Notes: a model not told the origin generated them from the letters alone. A stretch of 32,000 nucleotides of DNA from Wallemia ichthyophaga EXF-994 (GCF_000400465.1 NW_008806278.1:30001-62000), one strand, 5' to 3'; shown: positions 9,701 through 21,048, numbered from the stretch's first letter. Translations and numbers: made by a program.

Positions 9701-11499
9701 ATTTGACCAAGCTCATCAGACAGATTCCACGATCTTGCTACAGTCCTATAACCGTTCTTTTTATATCTCATTTCTTTATCGAGATATATCCAGCCTGCCT
9801 GACACGTCCGCACAAACTCCATCGAAATGTAAAGCGAGATTGGCACAATGTTCTGGAAAGTAATGAGACCGTTAAAGAAGGTGAAAACACCATTGGTAGA
9901 TGGGTTATCATCTGGTCTGTCATCGTTGTACGTCCAGTACGCTCCATTCCGCTGATCGTCTACTTCGATGGTGTAGGCGACGATGGCGCAAATTGCGCTA
10001 ATAATCGCAAGCAACGCCAGGTTAAATCCTACCTGCGGATCCATGAGACGTTCAGTCTTGGCACGCTTTGACGGAGTAATACCAGAGTTTGCTATGATTT
10101 TGGTGTCTGAGCCGGTAAAGAGAACAACACCGATGACCCATTTGGTGTTGCGTAGAACAGTACCTCTAAGCAGCATAGTTGACATATCGACGGGGCATTT
10201 GACTGGTTGTTGGTCCTCCTTGACGACGGCTGCATTAAGCCTGAACATGTTCACATCCGCTGGCTCACTGTCGATTCTGTATCCGTGGCACTCTCTAGCA
10301 ATCGCAGCTGGGCTGGTGAGGTGAGATAGTTGAGGAATAGCGTGTCTAGATTTGAGGTTGGTTTCACCATCCAAGTTCTTGGTCTCAACGAAACAGACAT
10401 CTTCTTCTTCCGAGGTCGAGCATACGACAATGTCTAGAACTCTTATTAGTAAAGTGGAAATAGATTCTTGCACCCTGCGCTCACCTGCTGGAAATGGCTC
10501 GTTGTTGTGAATCTTGACAAAATCACCAACTTTAACATCTTCCCATAGCATAGTCCTCCAACTATTTCCCGCATCATCTTGACCATCGTCTTCTTCACCC
10601 TCCTCCACCTCCTCTGCGTCATTTTCAGGGATGGGGCCTGCGGGCAACTGCGCCGGAGGCGGTGGCGGAGTGTACGTGCGAGGGTTTTCAAGGTCATCAA
10701 CGAGACCGACCTGCCTACCATTGAATTCGCCGGTGTCATTTAACTCGGGAGGGTTGCCTACGCTGTGCCTTCCCATCTGATCGCTCTCGAACTTAAGTTC
10801 GTCGTCGAGAGAGGTAACAGCATCAGGGAGGTTTGGGGGAGGAACATGGTCTCTGTTCTTAGATTTCTTCTTAAGCCTAAGTTTACCAAGCATAGCGCCC
10901 TTTGGAAGACCACCTGTAAACGTCTTTGATTTTGCTTCTATGTGATTGAAGTTGTGATAGTGGTAATCGCTATGGCGGCTCTCGCCGTACTTGCCTTTGA
11001 GAACCTTAACCTTTGAGTGGTTCACCTTTCTATCTGATTGGTGCCTCTTGATATCTTCATAGCCATCCTTACACGCAGTAATGAAGACGATGATGATAAG
11101 CGGGAGGATAACGACACCGGCGTTTATTGTAGAGAACTTGGGAAAGAACTGGAGAATCGCGATTCCGAGGAAGAACAGGTTGGCCACACGCCTAAATTGC
11201 TCCAAGATGTTTCGAGGCACGAAAGTGAGAATTGTGTATTTCGAGGATATTATTTGATTCGTCGTGTAGACCCAACCAGGGCCGACGTGATGCGTTGATC
11301 GCGGATGTAGCAGCTTCTCTGTCCACGTCTTTTTCCCCAGCGTGGACTCGTGCGGCAGCGGGCTGTTGAGATACACGGACCGTGGCAATGGCTTGCGCTT
11401 CTTTGACGCAAACATTTTCTCAATACTGAATTCATCCCATTTCTGAAAAATGCCGGGCTTCGTCGGCGTCGACGTCGGCAGCCTCTCAGACGGCTTCAT
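6738..11499 (-). CDS. DNF1: P4-ATPase phospholipid flippase, Dnf1/Dnf2/Apt1 clade, 5 exons
   Basis: Introns 10434-10484 (in-frame; removal restores FPAD), 8835-8879, 7359-7401, 7137-7181. Motifs NLDGETNLK (P4 DGET), FQNIVPISLYISME, FSDKTGTLT, FSSARKRMSV, TKGAD, LGATAIEDKLQ, TGDKLETA, GDGANDVSMIQ. Confidence 0.93.
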
Positions 11500-11621
11500 C
11501 GTTGTGAGTAAACAAGGTGATTGTCGTTATTAGACGGGTATCAATGCTTAATTACAGATCTTGTTAATTTAAAGCCTCTATGTTAAATACATGTTTCCTT
11601 TTCATCCTTATCGCCTATCGC

Positions 11622-14610
11622 CTATTTATCCAGGTGGACCATTGCGGGATCGACATCGCTGTCCTCAAACGTCATTTTGTTATCTTGTTTGCTGCTGCTG
11701 TTCCTGTCATTATTCATTTCATGTGCATCTGTTTTCTCTTGTCAGTTTTTATCAAAATCCTCCTGCGCTTGCTAAAGCCTCACGGATATTCTTCGGCCGT
11801 AGCCCTAATATTGAATCAATATCTACATCCTCATACAGCGCTGAGTTTCTGTTCTTTCTTCTATGTCTCGATGGTCGAGCCGGTGTCGTTGGTGTCGTTA
11901 TTGGCGGCGAAAATGTTCGATTGAGTGGTGCACTAATCGGTGCATTCAGTGGTGGTATTTTCAGCGGTGCTGGTGGCCTCTTTCTTTCAGTGTTGACCTT
12001 AGGTGCTGGCATGACCACATCCACCGTCTCATCTTCCATGATTTCTGTCGGTGTAGTTTCGAATGATGGTTTAGCAGTTGAAACGAATGATTCTGCAAGT
12101 GATTCTGCTATCGAATCCACGTTATCGACATGGTCATTGTCGTCGTCATTATCATTATCATTATCCTCTTCTTCGGTAGACTGATCCTCCAAAGGCACTG
12201 GTTTGCCGCCATCTCCAACGTTGAAGACGTACTTAAACTCAGTCAATAACAAACCAAACAGTGGAGCTGGTATACCCAAAGTCGGACTGAATACGATACT
12301 AACGTTTCTCAGTGACATTCTGTTGATCTCCTCACTCGACACAACATCAGTAAGATGCGAAACCAATGCCCTAAGGAGTGCGTAATTGGCAATCGGGAGA
12401 AGCGACACCAATCTGCCTAGCTCTCTCACCCTCTTTTTTGGGTCTGGTATGTCTGCCACTTGTAAAAATTGAAAGTGTAGTTCTCTCGTCAGAAGACTAA
12501 CTGGCAACTCTCTAAAGTACAACTTGAGTAAACCCGTGATAGCATGTGGATCGAAAACGTCGTCACTTTCAATCAAGTCTATATCTCCTTCACTATTGTA
12601 GCGCTCTTTGAGCCCCTTCACCTGGGTACTCGAACCTGACAGCCTATATATGCCCTCCTCCTCTTCAGCTTTAACGTGTTGAAGGTATCGAATGCACCTA
12701 AACACCACAGCAGGCAAGCCAGCGATCTGGGCTTGTTGGAGTGAATCATCAACTGGTACACCGAAAACAGGCAGCTTTGGTGCTGATTTGTCTGATATGC
12801 GAGTTAGCTAAAGTCTTATCAAACCTTGAAACTCACCTTTGGAACTCCCACTACTACTCCCACTAAAGGCACCCCAGAACCCACGACTTTTCCCTTTATG
12901 ATCACGCTCATGCTGCTTCTCAGACTTGTCTATGCTTTCGCACGATTCATTGAGCTTAGCGCCGACAGCCTTATACTGCCCACTCAAGGAATGTATGCTA
13001 CCTTGGCGTTGTGGGAGTAAATTTGCACTTTCGCCATGTTGAGATATGCCAAGAGCGTCGACTTTCCCAGTATTTCGGGCGTCAGCGAGTACCTTCGGTA
13101 TGGAGAATTTGGAGGAGACTTCAGGCGGCAGCGAGGTGAGACTGACTGAGTTCGACGGCTGGATTTCCTCTTTCGATATGGGTTTGCTGTCGGAAGTGCG
13201 TGGACGCTCCACATCTTTCAATTTGTGTGTTTCTAATGAACGCGTTTTCAACGACGTCGCCCGACGTTTCAACCCGTTGTTGGCAGAATTCGGAGTGCTA
13301 TCTTCTGCTATATTTGTTCTCTCATGCAAAACGGGCGAAGAGGCACCACCAACATTGCTATGTGTCCTTTGATGCCATAGTAGAGTGTTGATCCAGTTAT
13401 CCCTCTCCAAGTCATTCTCAGCACATAGTATATGTCTATCTTTTTCATTCTGCGTGGCCTGGTGTCTTTCTAGAATAAGAAAAGCATGCTTGAATGCGCT
13501 GTCTCGTTCATTTGCTGAGCTGGAATCAGACGATGCCCGAGATGGATGCTGCCTGCCGATAGATGCGTCGTGTATTCTTATACTACCAATTTGGCTACCG
13601 CCTCGTTGCTCGTAGTAATCGAGTATACCCTCCCTCCCTATGGTAAAATACCTCGTCTTCCAGCCACCCAAGTTCTTGCCCTTCTTGGTGAGGTAGCCAT
13701 CTTTGGTGCCGTTGATTTGGGATGCTTGGTTTGGTCTGACAAAGTCTGAAGAGAGGAAGGCAGCTAGTTCCATATGTGGAGTAGCGCTATTCTTGGGAAT
13801 GATAGTGTAGGTATGTGGAATTGATATTATCGAGTGAAAATAGTTTTCTAACTGTGTTTTCTGCTGCAAAACTTTACTAGGGGATCTGTCCTTGAAAATG
13901 CTTTTATCAGGCAAGGACACCAGTCTACCCTTAGTATGCTTGAAGTAAGGTTTTTTGATAATCTCCCTAACTTTGATATCAAGTGCGTGTATCGAATCGT
14001 ATGATTTGTCGACTTTCCACTCAGCATTCGATGGCTCATACTTGACGGTAATAGTAAAGCTATACACGCTCTTGTTGTCTTTGTTAGGTTTCACTGATGA
14101 AGACAGCACGGCAAGTTGGAGAGCAGGAACGAGAGTTGGAGTGAGCTTGAAGACAGGTACTGGGGGAGCAGCAGTCTTGACAGAAGGCGTGATGGCGGGC
14201 TGTTTTGGAGAAAGATGCTGGTAGTGACTGCGTGCTTGAGGGAGCGTGTTAAATGAGTGGCTGGCGTGTTGCATGTATGGGCTAGACTTGGACTTGTGCT
14301 GCTGCGAAAGCTGAGCTTTCTCCATAGCAGAGAGCATTGCAGGCTTGATGGGAAGATTGATCGCGTCGTCGTGCGAGTGTGATTTTTTCGACAGTGCAAG
14401 GTGGTGTGTGGGTTGAGAGTGCTGCTGCTGCTCGTGTGGCAGCGTATCCAACTCAACATTGAGCTTATTTATCGTCGACTTCTGCCTGTCTATCAGATTC
14501 CACAGCTGGTTGTTCTGCGACGCGAGAGTGTTGCGCTCGTTCAACAGAAATAGCAGCGGATCTTCCCCCTTCAAGTCGAGGATATCCTGGAGCGTCAACG
14601 GGCTGGCCAT
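11622..14610 (-). CDS. BEM3: Bem3-like Rho/Cdc42 GTPase-activating protein (coiled coil, PX, PH, RhoGAP)
   Basis: Likely start MASPLTLQ at 14610. Intron 12792-12836 joins the PX/PH part (KDGYLTKKGKNLGGWKTRYF) to VFGVP...GIYRLSGS...N-M RhoGAP (NRMSLRNVSIVFSPTL). A probable last intron 11738-11783 (GTGAGG..CTGAC.AAG) gives the tail QKTDAHE...VHLDK* ending at 11622; without it the ORF ends at 11752. Confidence 0.85.
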
Positions 14611-14802
14611 ATCATTGGAAGAGAGGAAGAGAGATGGATTGAAATCATAAATTGCAAATATTAAAGTACAAATAGCTATAGATGCACCAGATATTCCTAC
14701 TCGGAAGGCTTCACCCACACTCCCCGCACTTGCTTAAGGTGATTTCCGCCAGATTAGCTTTCACGGAGAGATATGAAGCGGGGTTGCTAGATGGCGGGAG
14801 AT

Positions 14803-14820
14803 GACGCGAGATGCCGCGTC
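14803..14820. promoter_or_regulatory. Inverted pair of MCB-like ACGCG cores (GACGCG-N6-CGCGTC) in the BEM3/HSK3 divergent promoter
   Basis: Perfect 6-bp inverted repeat read from the sequence. ACGCG is the core of the fungal MBF site. Confidence 0.35.
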
Positions 14821-14896
14821 ATGTAGGTCCGAGCGTGTGTTGTGCATGGCGTGCAGGAGCACCCCGCACATCAAACATCCTCACATTCAAACGATC

Positions 14897-15133
14897 ATGG
14901 ACGTTAAGACGCGCCACTACCAGCAACTAAGCCACCAGCTCGGGAAGCTCCAGGAGAATATCAGCCAGTCGAATCAGCAGTTCAAGATTGCCGCCGAACA
15001 GCTCCAGCAGATGCAGAAGCTGTCCATTTCGCATGCTTCTCAGTGAGTGGTGTGTTGTAACCACGCGTCGCTCACACTGTACAGATTCATGGCCGTGTCC
15101 AAGATAATTGACAAGCAAGAGACGGAAATGTGA
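14897..15133 (+). CDS. HSK3: DASH/Dam1 kinetochore complex subunit Hsk3, 2 exons
   Basis: Intron 15043-15084. 64-aa spliced protein MDVKTRHYQQLSHQLGKLQENISQSNQQFKIAAEQLQQMQKLSISHASQFMAVSKIIDKQETEM resembles the Hsk3 pattern KxRxYxxL..L..LQxN...H...FMA. Confidence 0.75.
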
Positions 15134-15142
15134 TTATCTCGT

Positions 15143-15166
15143 GTATCCTGTATCCTGTATCCTGTA
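15143..15166 (+). repeat. (GTATCCT)3-GTA tandem repeat filling most of the 38-bp HSK3-polymerase gap
   Basis: gtatcct gtatcct gtatcct gta read directly from the sequence. Confidence 0.85.
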
Positions 15167-15171
15167 CTTAT

Positions 15172-16787
15172 ATGACCATCATCTCCATCGACTTTGACGC
15201 CTTCTACGTGAGCTGTCATAGATCAATAGATCCCAGCCTGCGTGGCATTCCGTTCGCCGTGCAGCAGAAGCACATCTTGTGTACTGGTGAGCGCACTGGC
15301 TATCACCGAGTGAGTTACTTACGCCGTAATCTCAGTTAGCTACGAAGCCAGAGCGAGGGGCGTGAGTGTGCTGAGAGCTTTGCAGTGATCCCCTCACCAC
15401 TCACTCCACCCAGGTGAAGAAACTCGGCAGCCTGAGTGAGGCACGCAAGATATGTCCCGAAATACAGACGGTCAACGGCGAAGACCTTACGCTCTACCGC
15501 GCCATCTCTAGAAACGTATTCGCCTTCTTATCGGACTATCTCGGCACAGATACGCCCATCCAGAAGCTCGGTCTGGATGAATACTTCATAGACATCACGC
15601 GCGTCGCTGCGCAGCCGCGCGAGCAATGCGATAAGCAAGCGCAATCGCAATCTCATACACAAACTCACCTTGTCTGCGCTGAGAATCGCTTAACAGACAG
15701 CGAGGAGATATACGTGAGCATAACAGCGGACATACGCAGGCAGATCTATACACACTTCCAGCTCACCTGCTCAGCGGGTATCAGCAACTCCGTCATGCTC
15801 AGCAAGCTCGTCGGCAACCTCCATAAGCCAGATAATCAGACGCTGTTGAATGTGAGGAGCGACGCGGAGTTGCAGGCATTCCTCGATCCCTTCCCGCTGC
15901 GAAAACTACACGGTGGGTGGTACGCTCAGACCACACCCGCACCAAGCTGACTGCGTGCAGGTTTCGGTCGTGTGGTCGTCGACAGGCTCGCGAGTCTTTT
16001 GGGGTGCGAGAATGAGGATGATCTGACAGTGCACAGCGCCCGCACGCGTCTCTCGCTGCTAGACTTAGAAGAGGAGTTTGGCAGCAGATTAGGCGCGCGT
16101 CTATACCACAACTTGCGCGGTATAGACGAAACCGTTGTGAAACAGTCCGATATACGCCCACAGCAGATCAGCATCGAGGATTCCTCGGGAAAGATCGATA
16201 GTGCTGCAGACGCATGGGCGATGCTGGAGAGCGTGACAGAGAGACTGGTGCGCCGCTTGGACGAAGAGTACGCCACTGTCGATGGTGGTAGCGGTAGCAA
16301 TGGTAGATCTAGGAGTGTGTTCGAACTGCATCCGTCCCGCGTGAGGGTCAGCACACGCAGAACATCCACTATACCCAATACACGAGTCGCTGCTCATGTA
16401 CCTGAGTCGCTCAGCAGCGCTGTCGGTGTCTCGCTGTTTGATATCGACAGGTATACCATAGAAGAGCGTGCGAGGAGGTTGTGCAGAGAGTGTTTGTATA
16501 GCTTGACGAAGAAGCTGTACGACGCAGGTGTGGCACATGGCGCTAATAAACTGCGCGTGATTAATGTCGCTTTCACCGATTTCGTTAATGGTCCGCCACC
16601 TGCGCCGATCGACAAGATTATTAGGAGCAAGAAGAAGACGGAAGTAGTGCACTTGAGCAGCAGTGATGATGAGTCAGTTGAAGGAAGCGAGCAGGAAGAA
16701 GACGCGATAATTTGCCCTTTATGCCATGCTCAGCTGATGTCATTCACGGTAGAGTCACATATGCGATTCCACGAGCTGGGAGATTAG
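15172..16787 (+). CDS. POLI: Y-family translesion DNA polymerase, Pol iota-like, with C-terminal C2H2 UBZ finger, 4 exons
   Basis: Introns 15287-15335, 15362-15413, 15913-15960. Spliced IDFDAFY...AVQQKHILCTVSYEARARGVKKL...CPEIQTVNGEDLTLYR...KLGLDEYFID...CSAGISNSVMLSKLVGNLHKPDNQT. The VQQK, VNGEDLTxYR and LGxDE segments match Pol iota rather than eta or kappa. Ends CPLCHAQLMSFTVESHMRFH. Confidence 0.88.
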
Positions 16788-17081
16788 AAGAGGCAGAGCA
16801 CAGAGCACAGAGTCAGAACACAGAAAACAGAGAACACGCCACCTTCCATATCGGAATCAATTTACAAATTCGGTTACAGACTTGGGACAAGCGAGAGCAG
16901 GAGACGATATTAAAACAGCATTTGCGCATTAATACAGTACTCAAAGCACTCCAATCCACAGCTCCGAATTGAATAAATTTTTAAAGTTGTGCCAAATTGT
17001 GGGCTGATCTGATCTTCTCGGTTAGAAAATACCTTTAAAATCGTTAAACATAAACACCCAGGACGGAATAATAAATAAGTA

Positions 17082-18053
17082 ATGGACGTAGCATTAGAGC
17101 TCTGCGACCACTTCTTCCTCGACTACACATACGCCAAGGTATTCCCAAAGACGCCGCTACCGACTTGTGCATACACGCCACTCGATGCACCCAATTGCAT
17201 CAGCGGTGTAAATGGGACAGTATCAGCGGCGGTAGATGGAGCACTACACTATGACCAGCTATCTCAATTCGGACGCGACTCAATCATTCGCCAAACGCTC
17301 TCACTTACCTTGCTCACATACGTCGGTATACATTTCCTCTATTTCCTCGCAGCAGGTCTGTCCTATCACTTTATATACGATAAGCGCGTAATGCGCCACC
17401 CTCGCTTCCTACCAAACCAACTCCGGATGGAGATAGACAGTAGTATGGCAGCTTTCGGTCCGCTCACACTAATGACGGTGCCGTGGTTCATTGCCGATGT
17501 GCGCGGTTGGTCGAAGCTATACGAAAACGTCAATGACCACTCGTGGTTTTATTTCGGTTTCTCTATTCTTTGGTTTTTGCTTTTTACCGATTTCTGCATC
17601 TATTGGGTGCACCGTATAGAGCATCATCCGATGTTTTACAAGTGGCTTCACAAGCCTCATCACAAGTGGCTGATTCCTACACCATTCGCAAGCCACGCGT
17701 TTCATCCACTTGATGGTTACTTGCAGTCGGTGCCGTACCATCTTTTCATATTCCTCTTCCCTCTACATAAGCTCCTATATCTCGGTTTGTTTGGGTTTGT
17801 GAATGTATGGAGCATACTCATTCACGATGGCGATATGCGTTGCGGCGGGTTTATGGAGAAGATTATTAATGGACCTTCTCACCACACTCTTCATCATCTC
17901 TACTTTACTGTCAACTACGGTCAATACTTTACTTTCTCAGATAGGGCATTCAAGAGCCATCGTGAACCACGTCCTGAACTCGACCCACTCAACCAAGTGC
18001 TCGAAAACGACGCGAAAGAAAAGGAGGAGAAGCAAGGCAAGAAGAGTATTTGA
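17082..18053 (+). CDS. ERG3: C-5 sterol desaturase
   Basis: 323-aa intronless ORF with three His boxes (HRIEH, HKPHH, HHTLHH), the TPFASHAFHPLDG motif and a C-terminal KKSI dilysine ER signal. Confidence 0.95.
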   Translation: MDVALELCDHFFLDYTYAKVFPKTPLPTCAYTPLDAPNCISGVNGTVSAAVDGALHYDQLSQFGRDSIIRQTLSLTLLTYVGIHFLYFLAAGLSYHFIYDKRVMRHPRFLPNQLRMEIDSSMAAFGPLTLMTVPWFIADVRGWSKLYENVNDHSWFYFGFSILWFLLFTDFCIYWVHRIEHHPMFYKWLHKPHHKWLIPTPFASHAFHPLDGYLQSVPYHLFIFLFPLHKLLYLGLFGFVNVWSILIHDGDMRCGGFMEKIINGPSHHTLHHLYFTVNYGQYFTFSDRAFKSHREPRPELDPLNQVLENDAKEKEEKQGKKSI

Positions 18054-18235
18054 AGGAGAAGTTAGCACACTGCATATTTTCTATATTATTCCACGTTATC
18101 ACACCATCACGCTATCTATTTAGAAGACTGTTTATACCCAAAAGTAATATACATTTCATTTTTCGGTTTATGGTATATAAACTTGTGCGCGTGTGTTTTT
18201 GTGTGTTTGTGTGTTTATATAGGTTTGTGTTCCGC

Positions 18236-19629
18236 CTACTGCTGTCTGCTGAACACAGTGTATGCAGCTAACCCGAGCATAAAGATGCTAAGCAAGCCAA
18301 CGAATTTGTATGTTTTGCCCTGTAACAGAGGTTAGCTGAATGAGTCAAAAGAAACAAATTACTCACACCACTATCACTAGCACTCTTCTTCTCTTTAAGT
18401 TGGTATTTGGAGAGGACATGTGTCTGTTTTCTGTCGTATTCAGAGAGTATTTTACTGAGTTCTTCTGTGTGGGTGGAGCGCTGAGCGTTTAATGCATTTT
18501 CCCAACGAGAACGCCAATTAAGTGTACCACGCGCACTCTCCTCGAGTGCAGACAAACGCGAATCGTATTTATCCACCCTCGACGACATGTTTAGTTGGAG
18601 GTCGTGCATTGTCGACATTTCATCAGATAGTGTGCTCAACCGCGTGGCTAGAGAGGAGTTTTGTGAGACAAGTTCGGTGTATGAAGGGAGTTCGGTGTCA
18701 TTCGAGTGGTTTGAGTGGTTTACTTGGTTCGAAATTTCACTGTAATTATTCTGCTCACTCTGTTCAGGCGATGCACTAGGTTCGGGAGTCTTGGGTCTCT
18801 GAGTTGCGATGCTGTTGTCGTCGGAGGAGTCGAAGCTGTCATCGTTGTGATGCTGCTGATCCTTTTCCTTCTCACTCACATTGTCACTTCTCAACCTTCC
18901 ATCAAAGTTCTCGAATTTAGATCTAAGCGTGCTGTGCTCAGACTGAAGGAGCTCGTAATTCTTTTGCTGAGACTGAAGTTGCTGGCTGAAATGAGATATT
19001 TGCTGCTGTATAGAAGACACATCGATTGGGTTGTTAGCGAGACTGGCAGATGGTTGGTAATTAGTCGGCAGTTGCCCTCGAAGGGAGGAATTGATAGAGT
19101 TGAAGTCAGTGGAAATGTTTTGGAGGTTAGAGGAGATCTCTTTCGAAGATTTAATCTCCTGTTCGAGTTTATCAAAGCATTTATGAATACTAACTGAAGA
19201 TTGAGGTTGTTGGGATATTTGCTGTTGACACTCCAGATACTCATGCTCATTTGAAGCAATTAATATTTTAGAGGAAACCTTTCGATGAATAATTGTTTTG
19301 TTGTCGTCGCCGATGATATCAATACCAAATTCCAGTAAATTTCCCGGATTCAGCTGCACGGCAGAAGACTCAACACCTTCCAGACTTAGACGCTCATTGT
19401 TGAGGAAAGTGCCATTTGAAGATTTTAAATCGCGTATATAGACAACGGAAGCCTCTGACCATATTTCGGCGTGCTGGCGGGATAAAACTTTGGAATCAAA
19501 GTAACCATTGCCTTGGTTGGGTATTGTGCGTGCATTTGTCTGTCTACCAATTTTAATTTTATCATTTAAATGGATAATCTTCAATTCAAATGAATTATTC
19601 AAAGGAATTAAGAATATGTAATTTGACAT
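18236..19629 (-). CDS. FHA-domain, coiled-coil, tail-anchored protein (Far9/Vps64/Far10/SLMAP STRIPAK subunit), 2 exons
   Basis: N-terminal FHA (IGRQTN...GYFDSKVLSRQHAEIW...DLKSSNGTFLN...LEFGIDI...IHRKV), then coiled coils. Intron 18320-18366 adds a C-terminal TM, GKTYKFVGLLSIFMLGLAAYTVFSRQQ*. Confidence 0.85.
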
Positions 19630-19776
19630 GGTGTTTGACTTGGTGGGTCGGAGTGGGAGTTGAGTGTATGCGTAAATGAATGAAAAGCGTGTTTTATATT
19701 TAATTTGAATGATTTTATATCTTTGCCGGTAGCGACCACACGAATAATACAGTCACCCTCTTGAATTGATACTATT

Positions 19777-20771
19777 ATGACGCAGCGCAGACCTTCTCTA
19801 GACTCAACTGCGACTCACGAATCGTTCGCTGCTCGTCTTGGTGGGAAATTCAGAGATGCAATCACGCCGCATCTCCACCACGACGACGACGGCGAACAGC
19901 GCGGCAGATCATTCCTCACTAAGGGCAAGCAGGGTAATCCAGGTGAGTCTATTTCTTAATTTTAAACTCTGTGGCCCCGTTTCTCTACCTATCTTATCTT
20001 TCTCTGCCTATCTTTTTCTTTCTTATCAACCAATGATAAGATAGTAGATAACCACTCATTCTACTCCCACTCTCTCCCTCACACACACACTCATGCCCTT
20101 CTCAGAAAGATCAGATTCTCGCGGCAGAGATCCTATCGTTAGCACCGGTCGCGGCGGCGCTGGCAACCTCAGGGCTAGCTCCAGGACCAGATCCGCATAC
20201 GACAACGACGACGACGACAGAGGGCGTTCAACTCGCTCCGCCCATCCGCCTCCACCCAAGGCTGTCCACGCAGGCCGAGGCGGCGTCGGCAACGTCCGCT
20301 CTCCCTCCCGAGACCCTGCCGACCTGCGCAACCAGCAAGCTGAGCAGCAGCTCGAAGCCAAGCTCCAGCGCGAGGCGCACGAGAAAGCTGAACGTGACGG
20401 CATGTTACCAACCGGGTGGGTCTGCTTCTTTTGTGAGGTGTGTATAAAGCTGACTTTATATTTCCTCATTTAGTCGCGGCGGCGCTGGTAATATTAGAGC
20501 GGGCGGTGATCAACCCCCTACTAGCTCTGCCACCTCTTCCACCCCCTCCAGATCTAGGTCTCGCTCTAGGACTCGCGATCTCCTCCAGCGCGCTACCTCG
20601 AGGGACAGATCGACGTCGAGAGACGTGGCTTACAATCACAGCAGTAGCCATGTTAATGTCGGTGGCGGGGGAAACAGCTTTGGCAACGTCGCAAGCTCCC
20701 CTGCTCACCCGAATACTCACTCACCTCACGATATAGACGGCGATACCTCCCTGGCTGCTGTGAGAGAGTAG
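19777..20771 (+). CDS. GRGGAGN-repeat disordered protein (DUF3602 / Par32-Amu1-like), 3 exons
   Basis: Introns 19943-20105 and 20416-20473 give one frame with GRGGAGNL, GRGGVGNV and GRGGAGNI among RS-rich segments, ending LAAVRE* at 20771. Confidence 0.75.
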
Positions 20772-21048
20772 ATATACGTGATTCACGTGATTTGCTTATT
20801 TAATGTATCTTTTATATTACAACGCTGCGTTATTATTTTCTCATTTATCTTTGTGTTCAAGTTGAGTAAGTGTGGTGCTATTTGCCATGTGCTGCCGCTA
20901 CTCCAGCTACTCAATTATGCCAATCGGTATGCTAGCCCACGTTCTCATCTCATCACCGATTGGCATGACACAATTCCCAATCCAATTTCAAATTTCCAGC
21001 AGACGGGAAATGTGCGACAGGGTGGATTGCAGCTGACATGAGCAAGAG

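Noticed and set aside
4272-10484. Stop-free in-frame introns (4272-4316 in the ZIP, 10434-10484 in the flippase) read through by the ORF track
   Set aside because: Retention would break the conserved FHQxFEG and PAD motifs. Three stop-free 3n introns among ~40 is no more than chance predicts. They matter for annotation only.
12130-12180. Asp/Asn repeat (DNDNDNDDDND) in the RhoGAP tail
   Set aside because: Ordinary coding simple-sequence repeat in a disordered region.
14611-14718. 36-aa N-terminal hydrophobic extension of the RhoGAP ORF shown in the ORF track
   Set aside because: It begins at a GTG codon, which is not a normal fungal start. The first suitable in-frame ATG is at 14610.
16785-16840. 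Degenerate CAGAG(C/A)AC repeats downstream of the polymerase
   Set aside because: Short low-complexity 3' UTR sequence. No terminal repeats, no constant spacers, not a CRISPR-like or mobile element.
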